This document shows, piece after piece, positions 1 to 16,333 of a stretch of DNA of 64,000 bases. Position numbers and translations under genes: made by a program. The notes under the pieces were generated by a model. That model was not told where the DNA came from. It did not search any database and saw only the letters and a list, made by a program, of their open reading frames with translations. Origin of the DNA: the human T2T-CHM13v2.0 reference genome, Homo sapiens; the NCBI RefSeq assembly GCF_009914755.1, contig NC_060925.1; one strand, 5' to 3'. How positions within the stretch are numbered: the stretch's first letter is position 1; each line of letters begins with the position of its first letter.

Positions 1-213
1 CATCCTGGTCAACATGGTGAAACCGCCTCTCTACTAAAAATACAAAAATTAGCCTGGCGTGGTGGCGCACACCTGTAGTTCCAGCTACTTAAGAGGCTGA
101 GGCAGGAGAATCGCTTGAACCTGGGATGCAGAGGTTGCGGTGAGCCAAGATCATTCCACTGCACTCTACCCTGGGCAACAGAGTGAGAATATGTCTCAAA
201 AAAAAAAAAAAAA
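1..213 (+). mobile_element. Alu (AluS-like), cut by window start
   Basis: Alu linker, right arm and A tail. Confidence 0.93.
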
Positions 214-454
214 AGCTCTTTCATATTCTCCAAAGGAAGTTCAACCACATTATCTCTATGACCCTTTCCAACTCTTAAGAGTCTGCAGTCCTCTCATGTC
301 ATTGGGGATATTGTGGGGATCACCATTAAATAAGAATGTATAAAGTACCTATAATTCCAGTCCATCGTCCACACTGTAGCTCAGTGAGCTTCCTAGTAAA
401 TAAATCTGATCATGTCACTCTCCTCTTTAGGAATCTTGACTCTCTTTTGTCTAA

Positions 455-612
455 GCCTTGCTACCCATCATATGGCCCATGGACCAGTTGCTCCACCACC
501 ATGGGAACTTGGTAGAAATGCACAAGCTCGGGCTGTATCATACTACAGATCAGTCCTGCATTTTAACAGTGTCCCAGATGATTCTTTAGCGCATTAAAGT
601 CTGAGATGAGCC
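455..612. mobile_element. MER5A-like hAT-Charlie MITE
   Basis: Resembles remembered MER5A consensus (ggaacttggtagaaatgca...ctgcattttaaca...cattaaagtctgaga). Confidence 0.65.
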
Positions 613-1334
613 GGTCTAAAGATTAAAGCCCAGACTCCCTGGGATGGCATAGGAAGTCCTCACAGTTTACCTTTCCTGCTTCATTTCTTTGTCACCATAC
701 CTCTTCTGCCTTTCATGCCTTCACTCATTCTCTTTCCTCTGCCTTTTTCTACCACCATCTTCTTCTTTCTTGCTCCACTTGAACACTTCTACTCATCTAT
801 CAAAACCATCCTTAGAAATTCTTCCCCAATTCTCTTAAAAGGAGTTAGATGACCCTTCTATAGCACCCTGTCCATACTCTTCCCCTGTGATCCCATAGCA
901 CCCTTTTTGTATTGCATCAGAATTATTTGTTTATTATTACAATAACTTTTTGTTACTTGTCTATGTCTTCCAGCAGGCTTTGAGCTGCTTAGCCCTGTTC
1001 AATAGATATTGAATGCCAATAATATACAAGAACTGAGAAATTATCTTATTTATCTTATATCTTAAGCATGTGGCATAGTTGTGGTAGCTTTTGTTATTTT
1101 ATGAGTGAATATACTGCAGGAATTACTAGTGCTGATAGTCGAGAAAAAGGGAAGGAAGCAAACACTGATTGATGCTATGTCAGTCATCATGCAGGCATTT
1201 TCATTTACATGTTCCCACTTAATCTTGACAACAGCTATGTGAGGGAGCCATAGGTATCTCTGTCCTGGCAGTTGAAGAAACGGAGATCCTAAAGGCTAGC
1301 CCAGCTGCCCCAAGCCACACAGCTAGAAAGGTAG

Positions 1335-1751
<417 letters not shown>

Positions 1752-2778
1752 TAGACCAGAAAGTCCATTTCAGATCTAAAATGTCGAGAAAAAAGTTGTG
1801 TTTTTTCCCTCAAATGTTCTTGGCATCACCCTGGGGAATCTTCACAATACCCTCTGGTAAAAACAAAGCTGTTACCCCAGTGAGGAAAGGCCTGGCCTGC
1901 TAGAGTCAGACTGGCATAGATTATTGTCTTTTTAACAGTCTTTGGGAGACGAGGGGACCCAGACTCCCAGAACAGAACATTTTCCACCTCCAACAGGGTG
2001 GGCAGGTTAGTCCCTGCCTGCCTCCCTGCTGAAAGAATTTTAAAATAACCAGTGGCTGTTTTGCCAAGAGTGCATATAACTGCTATCTGATTGAATGCTG
2101 AGAGATATGTATAAAAGGCAAAAGAAAATGGAAAATCAGATTTTCTGATATGCATGCCACATCATGTCAGGTATGAAAATAGCCTGTCCTGTGGATTCTG
2201 TCTTCTCAGATGAAGTGAAAGTCTTTCATGGTGGTTCGTGCACCAGGAGAGGAAACAAACAGCAATAGGGATTTCTCCCTGAAAAGCCACTTAGGAAAAA
2301 TTCTATTACCCTTTTACCGTAAGAGAAGAGTTGTAGAGTCTACCTGCAGTTTCACAATCCACCCACTCTGGACCTCAATTTGTGGCAAAAAGAACAGAAG
2401 ACTTTCTTCCGCTTATGTAGTTTGGGCAAACTAAATGTCTAAAAACAGACAATTAGAAAAAGGAATTAGAACAGACAATTAGAAAAAGTAATTATACTCA
2501 TCCATAAAATAGAATGTTGTTTAGCCGGTATAGTAATGGACCATCTAAAAATGTGGGAAGATGTTAAAATTAGAATGCTGAATGAAAAGTATAAAACTGT
2601 GTCTAATACGGCCATATTTATACAAGAAAATATAATGTGTATTTGTGAATAGAAAAATATCAAACTAAGAGGAATCATCTCCAGAGATATCCTGAGTGGG
2701 TTTTCTTTTTTTATTGTATGTACTTTCTAAAGTAAACTATATAGCTCCTGTAATTAAAAAAAAAAGTTAAATAAAATT

Positions 2779-2916
2779 AGTGGGGCACAGTGGCACACAT
2801 CTGTAGTCCCAGTTACTTGGGAGGCTGAAGTGGGAGGATTACTTGAATTCAGGAGTTTGAGGCCAGCCTAGACAACATAGCAAGACCCTGTCTCCAAAAA
2901 AAAAAAAAAAAAAAAA
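2779..2916 (+). mobile_element. Alu monomer (FLAM-like)
   Basis: Single ~120-nt Alu arm with A tail. Confidence 0.85.
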
Positions 2917-3316
2917 GCCCCAAGGCATGAATCTAAACCCAACGCAAAGAATCTGAATCCCCAGGAATTGAAATTAAGACATTAAACTGGGTTTAAATAT
3001 AAAAATGACTACAGCAAGCATGGAATTTGGTTCTGGGTCACTCTCCCCTGATGTGCCCAGTTGTTAGATGTGTTCTTGGGGCTCATGAAAGAAGAGAAGG
3101 TGCTGTGCAGCCTATTCAAGTGAATTGACTTCTGTCAACTCACTTCTGTGAGCACTGAGCTCCAAATGCCCAGTGGGTGGGCAGAAGAATAATCCAATCT
3201 CATTGTTTCCATTCTCTCTAGTGACTTCCTGGTAACCGATCATGGTTAATGGCCTCTGGTGATGAAAATAGACCTAGGTACCATCAGAGTAGGGTGGGAA
3301 AACAAGTGAAGGGACA

Positions 3317-3624
3317 GGCTGGGCATGATGGCTCACACCTGTAATTCCAGCACTTTGGGAGGCCGAGGCAGGCAGATTGCTTGAGCCCAGGAGTTCGAGA
3401 CCAGCCTGGGCAACCTGGTAAAACCCTGTCTCTACAAAAAATACAAAAATTAGCTGGGCGTTGTGGCACACACCTGTAGTCCTAGCTACTGGGGAGGCAG
3501 AGGCCAGAGGATCACTTGAGCCTGGGAGATTGAGGCTGTAGTGAGCCGTGATTGTGCCACTGTATTCCAGCCTGGGTGACAGAGCAAGACCCTGTCTCAA
3601 AAAAAAAAAAAAAAAAAAAAAAAA
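3317..3624 (+). mobile_element. Alu (AluJ-like)
   Basis: Dimeric Alu with J-type right arm (ggatcacttgagcc...accctgtctc) and A tail. Confidence 0.93.
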
Positions 3625-3888
3625 CGGACAGAATCCTCAAGGAGAATTATTTTCGCCCTAACCCTGCCTTTTGGGTACCTATGTAACAAATGTGGTAGCA
3701 GCCCTGGATGATTTCACCCCCACTTGTGCCTGGAGCTGCTGAGCATCCCAGCCCAAGGCTGCAAACTTGCACCTGCAGAGTCAGGCAGGGATCTGAAATG
3801 CCTGAGGGACCTGGGGGCATCCAGTCCTCTAAAGTAGGGCCTACTGCTGCTTTTTCTAATTTCCAGCTGTATGGAAATGTAGCCCTGG

Positions 3889-4192
3889 CTTTTTTTTTTT
3901 TTTTTTTTTTTGAGACCGAGTCTCGCTCTGTCACCCAGGCTGGAGTGCAGTGGTGCTATCTTGGCTCACTGCAACCTCCACCTCCCGGGTTCAAGCAATC
4001 CTGCCTCAGCATCCCTATTACAGGCTGAGATTACAAGTGCCCACCAATACGCCTGGCTCATTTTTGCATTTTTAGTAGAGACGGGATTTCACCATGTTGG
4101 CCAGCCTGGTCTCAAACTCTTGACCTCAAGTGACCCACCCACCTCAGCCTCCCAAAGTGCTGAGATTACAGGCATGAGCCACCATGCCCAGC
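3889..4192 (-). mobile_element. Alu (AluS-like)
   Basis: Antisense dimeric Alu; TSD agccctg. Confidence 0.95.
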
Positions 4193-4731
4193 AGCCCTGA
4201 CATTGTTAGATTTTTCTGGCTTTTCAAATACTCATTTTTTTAAAGAAAAAATACAATATCGTCAAAGTCAAACATATTTAGAGTTAGCCCCTTTTCAACC
4301 TAGATCTCTCTAAAGAGGTCTGGTAGTTCCAAAAGGACTTAAGTCCAAGAACATTTTCTGGATGATGACCACTGCCCCCAAAATTCTGCCATTAGTGTCA
4401 TTCTTGTAGGTTAGGGGCATTTTATAAGAAGCAGCAACCTACTTTCTCCTTTCTTGAAGGGACAGATAATGCAAAACCCATTAGACCTCTAACCCTGAGT
4501 GAAATTGTCAGCTGAATAGCCTGCCTCCCAGCAAGGCCTGAGGGAGAGAGGTGAGGGTAGGTCGAAGCACTATCCACTGAGGCCATCAAAACTGTGAAGT
4601 TCATGGAGAAAAAAGGAGCTTCTAGTTTCACATACTGGCCTAGACCTGCCTAAGGGTGCAGCCAACTCCCTAAAAAGAGGATGATACTAGAATAGGACAG
4701 AGCAAACAGTATCTCTCAAGAATGTTGGAGG

Positions 4732-5016
<285 letters not shown>

Positions 5017-5981
5017 TGTTGGAGGGAAGGAGGACATAGGGTTTTGTCCTATTTATCCAATGTCTTCTTTCCAGCCTCCCTAGCTGTCATTTATCAGTCC
5101 TCTTCTGAGCCCCCATACAATTACTTTTTGCCTCAGTCATAACCTTCATTATATTTTGCTATTTTAATCACGTATACTATCTTCTTTAATTAATGTAATA
5201 GTGAAATTTCAAAATATTATGCAAGCGTGGTGCTAACCTGCTTGTAAAGGCAGAGCTTGTGGTGATTTCATCATTGTAAGTTCCCACATCACCACTCCTT
5301 TGCCCAGCCTTTGCTGAACACCTGGGCTGTTCCAGGTGCAGACAGAGGTCAGGAGGGAGCAGTGTTAGGATATGGAGGCATGTGCCATAATGAGGGAGTT
5401 CGCTCCCCTTATAGGCTTTATAATTGCATTAACACACCTTTTCCCAAGTGGCAGGCTCAGGCCTGCTATCTTTTCTCTGAGCTTGTTATAGGCATGATTG
5501 CCTGTGCATTCTTTGCATTTAATAGCTTTCCTTTTAAACTCAGAGTCAGCTGTTCTCTATCTTTCCTCATTTTGTTCTTATGCCTTTTGACATGTACATT
5601 TTGATGCCTTTGTTTCCTAGATGCATCAGATTTTTTTTTTTGTTTTTGTTGTTTAAGGAATTACCATAGGTAAAGGTGAAAAGAATGTTAATAAGGCCAA
5701 ACTTCAATTAGGATTCTCTGGCCCTACAGACAAAAGTGCGGTGGCAGCCAGCTAGCACTCTGTGTTCTTGGCAGGGTAACCATGGGCACAGTGTAACCAT
5801 TTAATGCAGGCTTGCTGCACCATTTTCCTTTGAATTTCACTCTTCATTGCCCATCATTCCCCTCCTGCATTTTGATTGAGGACAGGTTGCCTAATACAAC
5901 TTGTGAGGAGTCAGTTTTTAGATTTTGAAATCAATATGATTTTAAGAGATCTTAACCTTAAGCATCAGATCCTTACAAGGT

Positions 5982-6133
5982 TAGTGTGCCTCAAATTGCC
6001 AAGTGCATGCAGATCACACGGCGATCTTGTTAAAATTCAGATTCTAACTGGGCCGGACTGTGTGGGGCTTGGGATTCCATGTGTCTAATAAAGTCCCCCA
6101 GATGCTGATGCTGCTGTTCCGCCTTTGAGAGGC
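5982..6133. mobile_element. MER5-like hAT-Charlie MITE
   Basis: gatcttgttaaaattcagattct...gatgctgatgctgctg resembles MER5A, opposite orientation to the copy at 455. Confidence 0.6.
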
Positions 6134-6861
6134 AAAGTGATGACAAAGTTCCCTTCTAACTGCTAACCTTGTTCAATGTAAAACCAGCAAATACAGATGG
6201 GTTTAAGACTCCATGTTTGTCCCAAATATTAAGTGCTAAAATTCTTATAATATTAAGATTGACTTTTCCTATCCTGTGAGCCTAAGAAATGAATGTTTCC
6301 ATCCTCTGTAATGACTTCCTAATAATTGATCATGGATAATGGCCTCCAGCGATGAAAATAGACCTAAGTACCCTAAGAGTAGGGTGGGAAAACGCAAGAA
6401 GGGACAGGCCAGGCATGATGGCTCATACTTGTAATCCCAGTACTTGGGATCAAATGGCAAATGTTAAGTTCTCATTTAACCATGTCTGCAACCATCAATC
6501 TTCCCCTAAAAGGGCAAAAGATGTGTGGCCATATGGACTTTAAAGAGAGAGCGTTGGGCAAAAGATAGTTCGTTAACTACTTTTTAAATACTGCTTGTCA
6601 TGAGGTGTAAATATAAAGCCTCTGTTGATAACTAACAGTGTTTTGCTCACAGAAGTGAGGCATACATGGCTGAGTGAAGAAATCACCAGATTCAGGGGGG
6701 GAAAAAAACCCCAGGCATTATTTACAGCAGGCTAAGAATTTCACAAATTGAGTGGATTTTTAATAACTATTAGCAAGAGGGAGCAGTTTATATACCTGAG
6801 CATTTGTTGAATAATAATCTGAAAAAGACTAAATATGCCTTTTTTTCCACATGTCTTCTAG

Positions 6862-6935
6862 AGAAATCAACTTTTCAGTAATTGGTCAGTATGTGGATTA
6901 TCTTGTGAAAGAACAGGGAGTGAAGAACATTTTTG
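6862..6935 (+). CDS. NPL: NPL coding exon 2 ([24 protein letters not shown])
   Basis: ttctag|A acceptor and G|gtaagt donor; 74 nt; translation recognised as human N-acetylneuraminate lyase. The first coding exon (MAFPKKK...) is not in the window. Confidence 0.96.
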
Positions 6936-7291
6936 GTAAGTCAACTCTGGGGATGTCGCTGCATGTCTCCAGCTCAGTCTTTAGAAGGTATATCTTACCT
7001 GGTTACCAGCCAAGAGGTCACACAGTCATGGTGTCACAGGTTATGATGGAGCCTGGCTAAGCTAACTAAAATTTGTGAATTTGTAGGCCCACCAATCTTA
7101 GACCTACAAAGCACCTCAAGAGATTACCTCATTTGATAGTGTGCCAACACTTAAGGTATTATTTTTTATCCCCATTTGGAGATGAAAATATATGACTCAG
7201 ATATACTCTAGGTTGCCCCAGGCCATTCAGCCAAGAAGTGGTAGAGTAACAACCAAACCCTCTTAAGTAACAACTAAACACTCTTCTCTCT

Positions 7292-7591
7292 TTTGTTTAT
7301 TTATTTATTGAGATGGAGTCTTGCTCTATCTCCCCCTGGGCTGGAATGCAGTGGCACCATCAGCTCACTGCAACCTCTACCTCCCGGGTTCAAGCAATTC
7401 TCCTGCCTCAGCCTCCTGGGTAGCCGGACTATAGGCGCACACCACCACACCTGGCTAATTTTTGTATTTTTAGTAGAGACAGGGTCTTGCCATATTGGAC
7501 AGGCTGGTCTCGAACTCCTGACCTCAGGTGATCTGCCTGCCCCAGCCTCCCAAAATTCTGGGATTACAGGCGTGAGCCACCGCGCCCAGCC
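7292..7591 (-). mobile_element. Alu (AluS-like)
   Basis: Antisense Alu; TSD tcttctctct. Confidence 0.95.
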
Positions 7592-8311
7592 TCTTCTCTC
7601 TCTTAAGAATGGGCTTTATTCTGTCTTCCCCTGGCCTTTCAAATTGTGAATGGAAGAAAGACTCTAAGTGTAGCACACAAAGAAATCACAGGACTAGTAG
7701 TTATCCCCTTTTATTTCATAGAAGTGAAAGTTTAAAAAATTAGATCTTGAACATTTTAAGCCTGACAGCTATACTTACCTGCGATTGAGCTGTCCCTTGC
7801 TTAGTGTTCTGGGCTCTCGGACCCTTGGATGCATTTTTATTCTGAGAACACTACACCTTGGTCCTGACCTACTGCTCTACCAACAGGAGCCCCTCCAGAG
7901 CCAGAGGTACCTGGTAATAATAATCAGAGCAGATTAAAACTTGTGTGGAAAAAGTGTCCTGGGCCACAGGTCAAAACTGAGACCTGATTACAAAACCACT
8001 CAATGTCCCTCTACAGCGCTAAGCCATAGTGGAGAAGGCAGATTCTTACTCAACAAAGGGCAGCAGATCTCCCCTGGGTATGAGGAAAAAGCAGGAATAT
8101 CCCTATGACCAGAGTATACTTGAAGTCAAGACCTCAAAGAAGTGGTTAAAAATACTTTCCGACTTCCCTCCCCTGCCTCCCCAACCTCCCTTCTTCCAAC
8201 CCAGTGCTGAGTGCTTAGAGATTCAGAGTGCCACCATATGCATGAGACCTCAGTAATGTATCCTACTGCCATAGGCATCTTTCTGTGATCCATTAAGAAA
8301 TGATTGTAGTA

Positions 8312-8613
<302 letters not shown>

Positions 8614-9308
8614 AGAAATGATTGTAGTAGAAGGAAAAGAGGAAAGATGATGAGTTTTGGAATCACACAACTCTGGATTCAAACTTAAATTATTTTCTGT
8701 TTCAGACTTTATCTTTTTATCTGTAAATGAGAAAAATAATTTCTACTTTGCTGGGTTGTTGTGAGAGTAAGTGGATATGTAAGAGCACTTGGTATAAGAA
8801 ATATTAATATCCTTTGTGCTTATTTATGAAATATTTATCTAAAAAACGAGTTGTCCTAGAGCACTACCATCATGTCAAACTGTAAATGGAGATAGTTTGA
8901 GATCTGTAGTATACAAAAGCACCCGCATGAGTAACTCCCACTTATTTGACATCCTGGTACTAGATAGTGTTGATTTCCCTGCCATTCAAGCCCAGATATA
9001 AAACTGGGTAGTGTGTTTGGAGATTGACGTAAAATGTGGGCAGTCATCTCTGTCTTTATTTAAAATATTTCCTGACTGTCCCTAATATCAAGGTCAGATT
9101 TATAATTACAAGTCACAATTAACCTTCCCACTGCCTTTGACAAGGTGAAAGTGGAAAAAAGATGGAGTCTGAAGTGAAAATGGAAACATGGCATTTTCCC
9201 CTCCTGACCATCCTCAGTGCAGTGGTTTCTGACCCTGCACTTTCAGACTCGGGGTTGGAGAAGCAGAGGTGCTCCTTGGTCCTGCTGACTTACTCTTTGT
9301 TTGAACAG

Positions 9309-9396
9309 TGAATGGCACAACAGGAGAAGGCCTGTCCCTGAGCGTCTCAGAGCGTCGCCAGGTTGCAGAGGAGTGGGTGACAAAAGGGAAGGACAA
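9309..9396 (+). CDS. NPL: NPL coding exon 3 ([30 protein letters not shown])
   Basis: aacag|TG and AA|gtgagt; 88 nt; phase matches previous exon; GTTGE substrate-binding motif of the DapA/NAL aldolase family. Confidence 0.97.
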
Positions 9397-9522
9397 GTGA
9401 GTGGCTGCATGAGGATAAAAATGCCCTTTGGCAACAGCTGTATTCAGTGAGCCTCTTCCCCAGAGGATACGCCCTCCCTGCTTCCTGGTCAGAGCCGGGG
9501 CTTGAGGTCAGCTGGTGGGAAG

Positions 9523-9695
9523 ATGAGCAGGGCCCCCGGGATCCTGGCTTCTTGGAGAAGAGCCCCCTCCCTTTCTGTGCAGAAGGGCAGCCAAACTGCT
9601 AGACACACCTGCCACCCAGAGGTTCCGCTGGGAAACTGCTTCTTACCTGTCTACAAGGCCAGTCCCCTCACAGTTACCCGTCTTTGGGCTGAAAG
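9523..9695 (+). CDS. NPL: NPL alternative first coding exon (MSRAPGILASW...TRLWAE)
   Basis: aagATGa at 9523, open frame to a strong AAG|gtaaga donor in phase 2, in frame with the exon at 15320; predicts a 301-aa isoform, which agrees with my recollection of an annotated NPL isoform. Confidence 0.72.
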
Positions 9696-9958
9696 GTAAG
9701 AGGGGAGGGTGGTGACGGACTCTGCTGGTCACTTGGCTCTTCCACTGAGCAACTCACACCCCTTCCCTTCTTGGGATGAGCGCCTGATGCTTGTATTGGC
9801 CCACTTCTCCTGACAGGTCTCTGTGCATCCAACTCAATGTGCTCTTTTATGGTGCTTCCTCTTGCGCTGTTGGAGGACTTTCTGTAGCCCATAAACTTCC
9901 ATGCAGTGATAAATTTTTGTAACACCCAATTCATGCCATGGTTGAACAAACAGGATAG

Positions 9959-10301
<343 letters not shown>

Positions 10302-10748
10302 AACTAAGTTTTATTGATTTGTCTGTTACAGTGTTATATGTTATGTACTGTGCTAGGCACCAGCAGTATAAAGTAAGGGCTCTGCCTTCAGGTTGCTGAC
10401 CATCCGGTAGGGGTGTTAGATCATGAAAACTAACACCCCAACCCTTCTGATGAATGTATAAAAAAAAAGGGAGTAATTGACGTTGTCTTAGGTGGAGGTA
10501 AAAGATTGGAGGTAAGTTCCAAGTGAGCAGAGGTTGTCAGTGTGAAGCCCATGATGACCTTGGGAATCCTTAATGGCTTCAGGGCAGCTCCAGTACTCTG
10601 AAATTATGTGCCAAATTTGAGTGCATATCCACAGAAGCATTCTCTGGTGAGTCATCAGCTTTCAGTTAATTTCGTGAGATCTAGGGTCCAAAAATATTAA
10701 GGACCATGGGCAGAGTGTGAAAACAGGAGGGCTAAGGGCACACATTAA

Positions 10749-11158
<410 letters not shown>

Positions 11159-11836
11159 TCACTGCAGCCAGGGAAGAGAATGATTTCAGAGACTGTCAGT
11201 GTAGCAGGGGCCATAGAGCCCGACTGCCTGAGTTAGAGGCCCAGCTCTGCTTATTAGCTCTGGGAACTCAGGCACATCACCTAACTTCTGTGTGCTTCAT
11301 CCCTAAAATAGAAGTAATAATCATATCTCACTTATGAGGTTGTAGTGAGGATTAGAAAAGTGCCTGGCAGGCACAGTTCACATAACACATTCACGCTAAT
11401 GTAAGAATTCATTGTAACTATTTAGATGCAGTAAATGCTATGTTCATTATAACGTTTGTTATAATAACTATTAGATGCCATGAAAGTCAGCACACGAAAG
11501 ACTGAGAAGACCACTAGGTTTGACACATCATAGGAAGTCACTGATGACCTCTGAAAGAGCAGGGCCAGTCAGGTTATTGTAGAGAAGCCAGACTGCAGTT
11601 GAGTTATAGAATGCAGCAGACATCTGCAAGTGGGAGCGGTGAGTGCAGCTGATCCTCACAAAAAGTTTTCTGGCAAAGGGAAGGAGAGATGGAGTCATAC
11701 ATTAGGAAGGAAGGAATAGGCAAGATTGAAAGAAGGGTAGTTTTGTTAAGTGGAAAAATGTTGAGCGTGTTTCTGTGCTGAAAGGACACTGCCATGGAAG
11801 AAGAGATTAAAGATACAGAAAAGACTGGTAAACCTT

Positions 11837-12143
11837 GGCTGGGTGCAGTGGCTCATGCCTGTAATCCCAGTACTTTGGGAGACCAAGGCAGGCAGATTGC
11901 TTAAGCCCAGGAGATCAGGACCAGCCTGGACAACATACAGAGACCCTGTCTCTATAAAAAATAAAAATAATAATTAGCCGGGCATAGTGGTATGCCCCTG
12001 TGGTCCCAGCCACTTGGGAGGCTGAGGCAGGAGGATCACTTGAGCCCGGGGTGACAGAGGTTGCAGTGAGCCAAAATCACACTACTGTAGTCCAGCCTGG
12101 GTGAAAGAGCAAAACCCTGTCTTAAAAAAAAAAAAAAAAAAAA
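11837..12143 (+). mobile_element. Alu (AluJ-like)
   Basis: Dimeric Alu with A tail. Confidence 0.93.
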
Positions 12144-12207
12144 GTGGTGAATTGATACCTTTGATGGAAGGTCTTGGATAGGGGGATTTGGCTAGGGGTT
12201 TGACATA

Positions 12208-12378
12208 CAGATGTTCCTCCACTGATGACAGCATTACATCCTGATGGATTGATCAGAAATTCATTCAACTTACAATTTACATTGGGTTTTAAAGACATAA
12301 CCCTGTCATAAGTCAGGGAGTGTAATGATGCTTTCACCCCATTTTAAGGTCAAACCATCATAAGTTGGGGACCATCCG
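12208..12378. mobile_element. MER47/Tigger5-like MITE
   Basis: Termini cagatgttcctc... and ...aaccatcataagttggggaccatccg resemble remembered MER47 inverted ends. Confidence 0.55.
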
Positions 12379-12420
12379 CACAACCCAAAGTAGACAGAGT
12401 AGCTTTAGAAGACAGCTGAA

Positions 12421-12813
<393 letters not shown>

Positions 12814-14377
12814 TCATCTTTGGTCTCTGGGACTCTAGGACATCTGCCCAGAACAAGGAGTTGGGTAGAATTTAGAACTTGACAGGAATAGTCAAGATTT
12901 GGAGTAGCCACTCCAGAGAAATGAGTCATGACAGCCAGAAGGCTCGTTGGAGCCTCCTCCTGGATTGGGAGATTACTAGGAAATGTGTATTTTAAATTTC
13001 CAACAGTGGTAGCTGTGCCTAGCAGCCCAGGAGAAAGAGGAAGAGCAAATGGATGATTGGCTTCACCTAAACCAAGAGAAAGGGGTAGTGAAGGGAGGGG
13101 TCGTGCAATAAAACTGCTGGTGAGAGTTCAACAGGTCAGTCAGCCCTCCTTTCTCCATTCAGAAGTCTTCTATTATCCTTTAAAAATACAAACCTGATCA
13201 TGTCACTTCTCAGCTAGGTCCTGTTTTACCTAAGACATAGCTAGCCAAGAACCCCTGGAGGACTCTGTGATTGGGCCTAAACAGGAATGTGGTGTCTCTG
13301 TCTCATGAGGGCATGTGTTATTCAAGGTCCTTCAGAAGATTCACTGGGAAGACTGCATTCACAGCTGAACATTATTAATCCCACTTTGAGATGACCAGTC
13401 TCACTGTGGCCTCTCTCTCCCCAGATGGGAACATGGTATACCCCCAAAAATGAACATCGGGGTATCAGAACAAATATCGCCTTTTGGCCAAATTCTGAGG
13501 AGATTTGCAAAATAGGAAATTGCTTTTTATAGTGAATTCACTTCTCACAGGACTAGTTCCTGGTTTTACTCTTTGAGGAAACTCTTTATTTTTCTCTCCA
13601 ACCAAAAATATCCCAGTATCATACCTATCTTCATTTATGTGATACCACCAAATACAGCATCTAAAACAATGCTTAACCAAAATAAGTACTCATGTATTGA
13701 TTAATCAATTATTGCTTTTCAAGTTCTGCTTGGTTGAACCTTAAATTCTATTCCCTAGACATTTTTTAAAATCCCTAATGATTCTTTATCTTTACTGTTT
13801 TCTGTAGTTTTGCAGCATTAAAAGGCTCTATTCTTTTTTCTCTTTTTTTCCTCCCAAACTTGTTTTTTTTTTCTTTAAGTCTCTATTCTTAAGGCTTAAC
13901 AGTAATAACTGCTAATATTTATTAAGCATTTACTGTGTCATGTACCATGCTGTGTTTTACCTGCATGAACTCACATAATCCTTACAATAGCCCTGTGAGA
14001 CAGGTAATGTTATTATCTGAATTATTCCAGGAAATTGAGGTGTAAAGGTGTTAAGTGCCTTTCTGAGGAGTTCACAGCTGGTTCATAACAGTCAGGATTC
14101 AAGCTCAAGACTCTAACTCTGGGATATAAGTTCTTAACAGCTATGTTGTACCACCTCTCAATTAGATTTCTTCCCTAGTGCTTGATTCACCATTGGCATC
14201 TTGATTTTTTTTAAATTTACATTTGATCTAAGTCAACAATTAGCCAGTGCCAGATATATGCAAAGCACTTTTACATAAATATGTGCAATATCATTTACTT
14301 ACAAAAATCATATGTAATATCTGACACATAAATTGATTCTAAACATGATTAAACTAGGTCATTTCTTTCCATTAGAA

Positions 14378-14692
<315 letters not shown>

Positions 14693-15319
14693 TATAATTG
14701 ATTTTTAAATTTTGTGTGTTTTATCACAACTTAGAAGTGTTTTTTGTAAGCATGTATATAAGACGAATTTCTACAGACTCCAATTTAAGATAATGGGCTC
14801 GGACTAAATTATCTTTGTGATCCTCTGCCTCTAACTTAATGAGAGATGAATCCCATTTCTGTACACATTTAACGATTTTCAGCATATATTTCTGCTGTTG
14901 GTAACATGAAACCTCCATGATACTGTATAAACATACCACCTTCCCATTGGCTCTAAATGAAGTCATTGCAGAAATGGCTGTATTCCTACAGAAAGGAAGA
15001 AATGAATACCATTTTAACCTTGCCTTTAAATACCTCCTTTGGGGGCTGAATATTCTCTGCTGTGAAATCAGAATCATCCTAGGCACAGTCAAATCACAAC
15101 CAACCTCTCAGTAACATGACAAGACTTTGATATCAATGACCTAGGTTAAAAAGATCACCATAAGCCCCTTTAAGTAGATTAAATATATTGCTATAGAACT
15201 TAATAAGTGAGATTAATAAGGCATCAGTTAACTGCTAAAATCAGCACAAACCAGGATAGTGCAGCCCTTCTGCATGCCTCTAAACTCTAAGCGATGCAGC
15301 AGTGTTTTTTCTTTTGCAG

Positions 15320-15377
15320 GCTGGATCAGGTGATAATTCACGTAGGAGCACTGAGCTTGAAGGAGTCACAGGAACTG
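15320..15377 (+). CDS. NPL: NPL coding exon 4 (LDQVIIHVGALSLKESQEL)
   Basis: ttttgcag|G and CTG|gtatgt; 58 nt; frame continuous. Confidence 0.96.
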
Positions 15378-16055
15378 GTATGTATGCAGTTCCATCTGGG
15401 AGAGACCATTCAAGGGGCCTCCATTTTTATGCCGCAGTTAAAATCAGTACTATATTTGCTATGTAGTAGATGGTGTGCCTGAAGAAATAAGGTGTGGGAT
15501 CTCAGGGGCTTACTGCATAGAAGCAGGCATTGAGCCATAAAGAAAAGGTTGTAGCTCCAGGTGATGATGACTGTAGGATAGGAGATGGAAGCACCTTCCT
15601 CCAAGGAGAGTAAGGATGGATGCAGCTGTAGCTGAGTTTGCAGGTAAGGAGCAGAACTGAGCCAATTTCAGTTTTCTCTGGGAAGTAGAAGGCAGTGCCA
15701 TCTGCAGGGCACAGAGGGACAAAGGATAGAGTAAAGGCTTGAAGAATGGCAAATGTGAATTCTGCATTGGAGAAAGGAGGGAGCTAAAACACAAAAGGAT
15801 TGCTTGGTGGTGCTGAAGACCAACTTAAGTTGTAAGTTATAAATTTGTCATACCACCCTTCAGCACCGTTGTGGAATTTTTTTTTTCTGGGTACACTCTT
15901 TAGCCAGAATATAGGAACAAGAACAGAGACAATTGGATTGCTCCCACTTTAGAGATTAGCAGGTTAAGTGGAGCAGAGGCAAGAGAGGAAGGGGTTAAAG
16001 TTCCTGGCAGAAAAGCAGGTGGTGTGGTGATTCTGAGGCCTGGGTGAATTGGTTA

Positions 16056-16333
<278 letters not shown>

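Noticed and set aside
6936-7060. Open frame continuing past the NPL exon donor (GKSTLGMSL...)
   Set aside because: Intron read-through; downstream donors (gtatat, gttatg) are weak compared with gtaagt at 6936.
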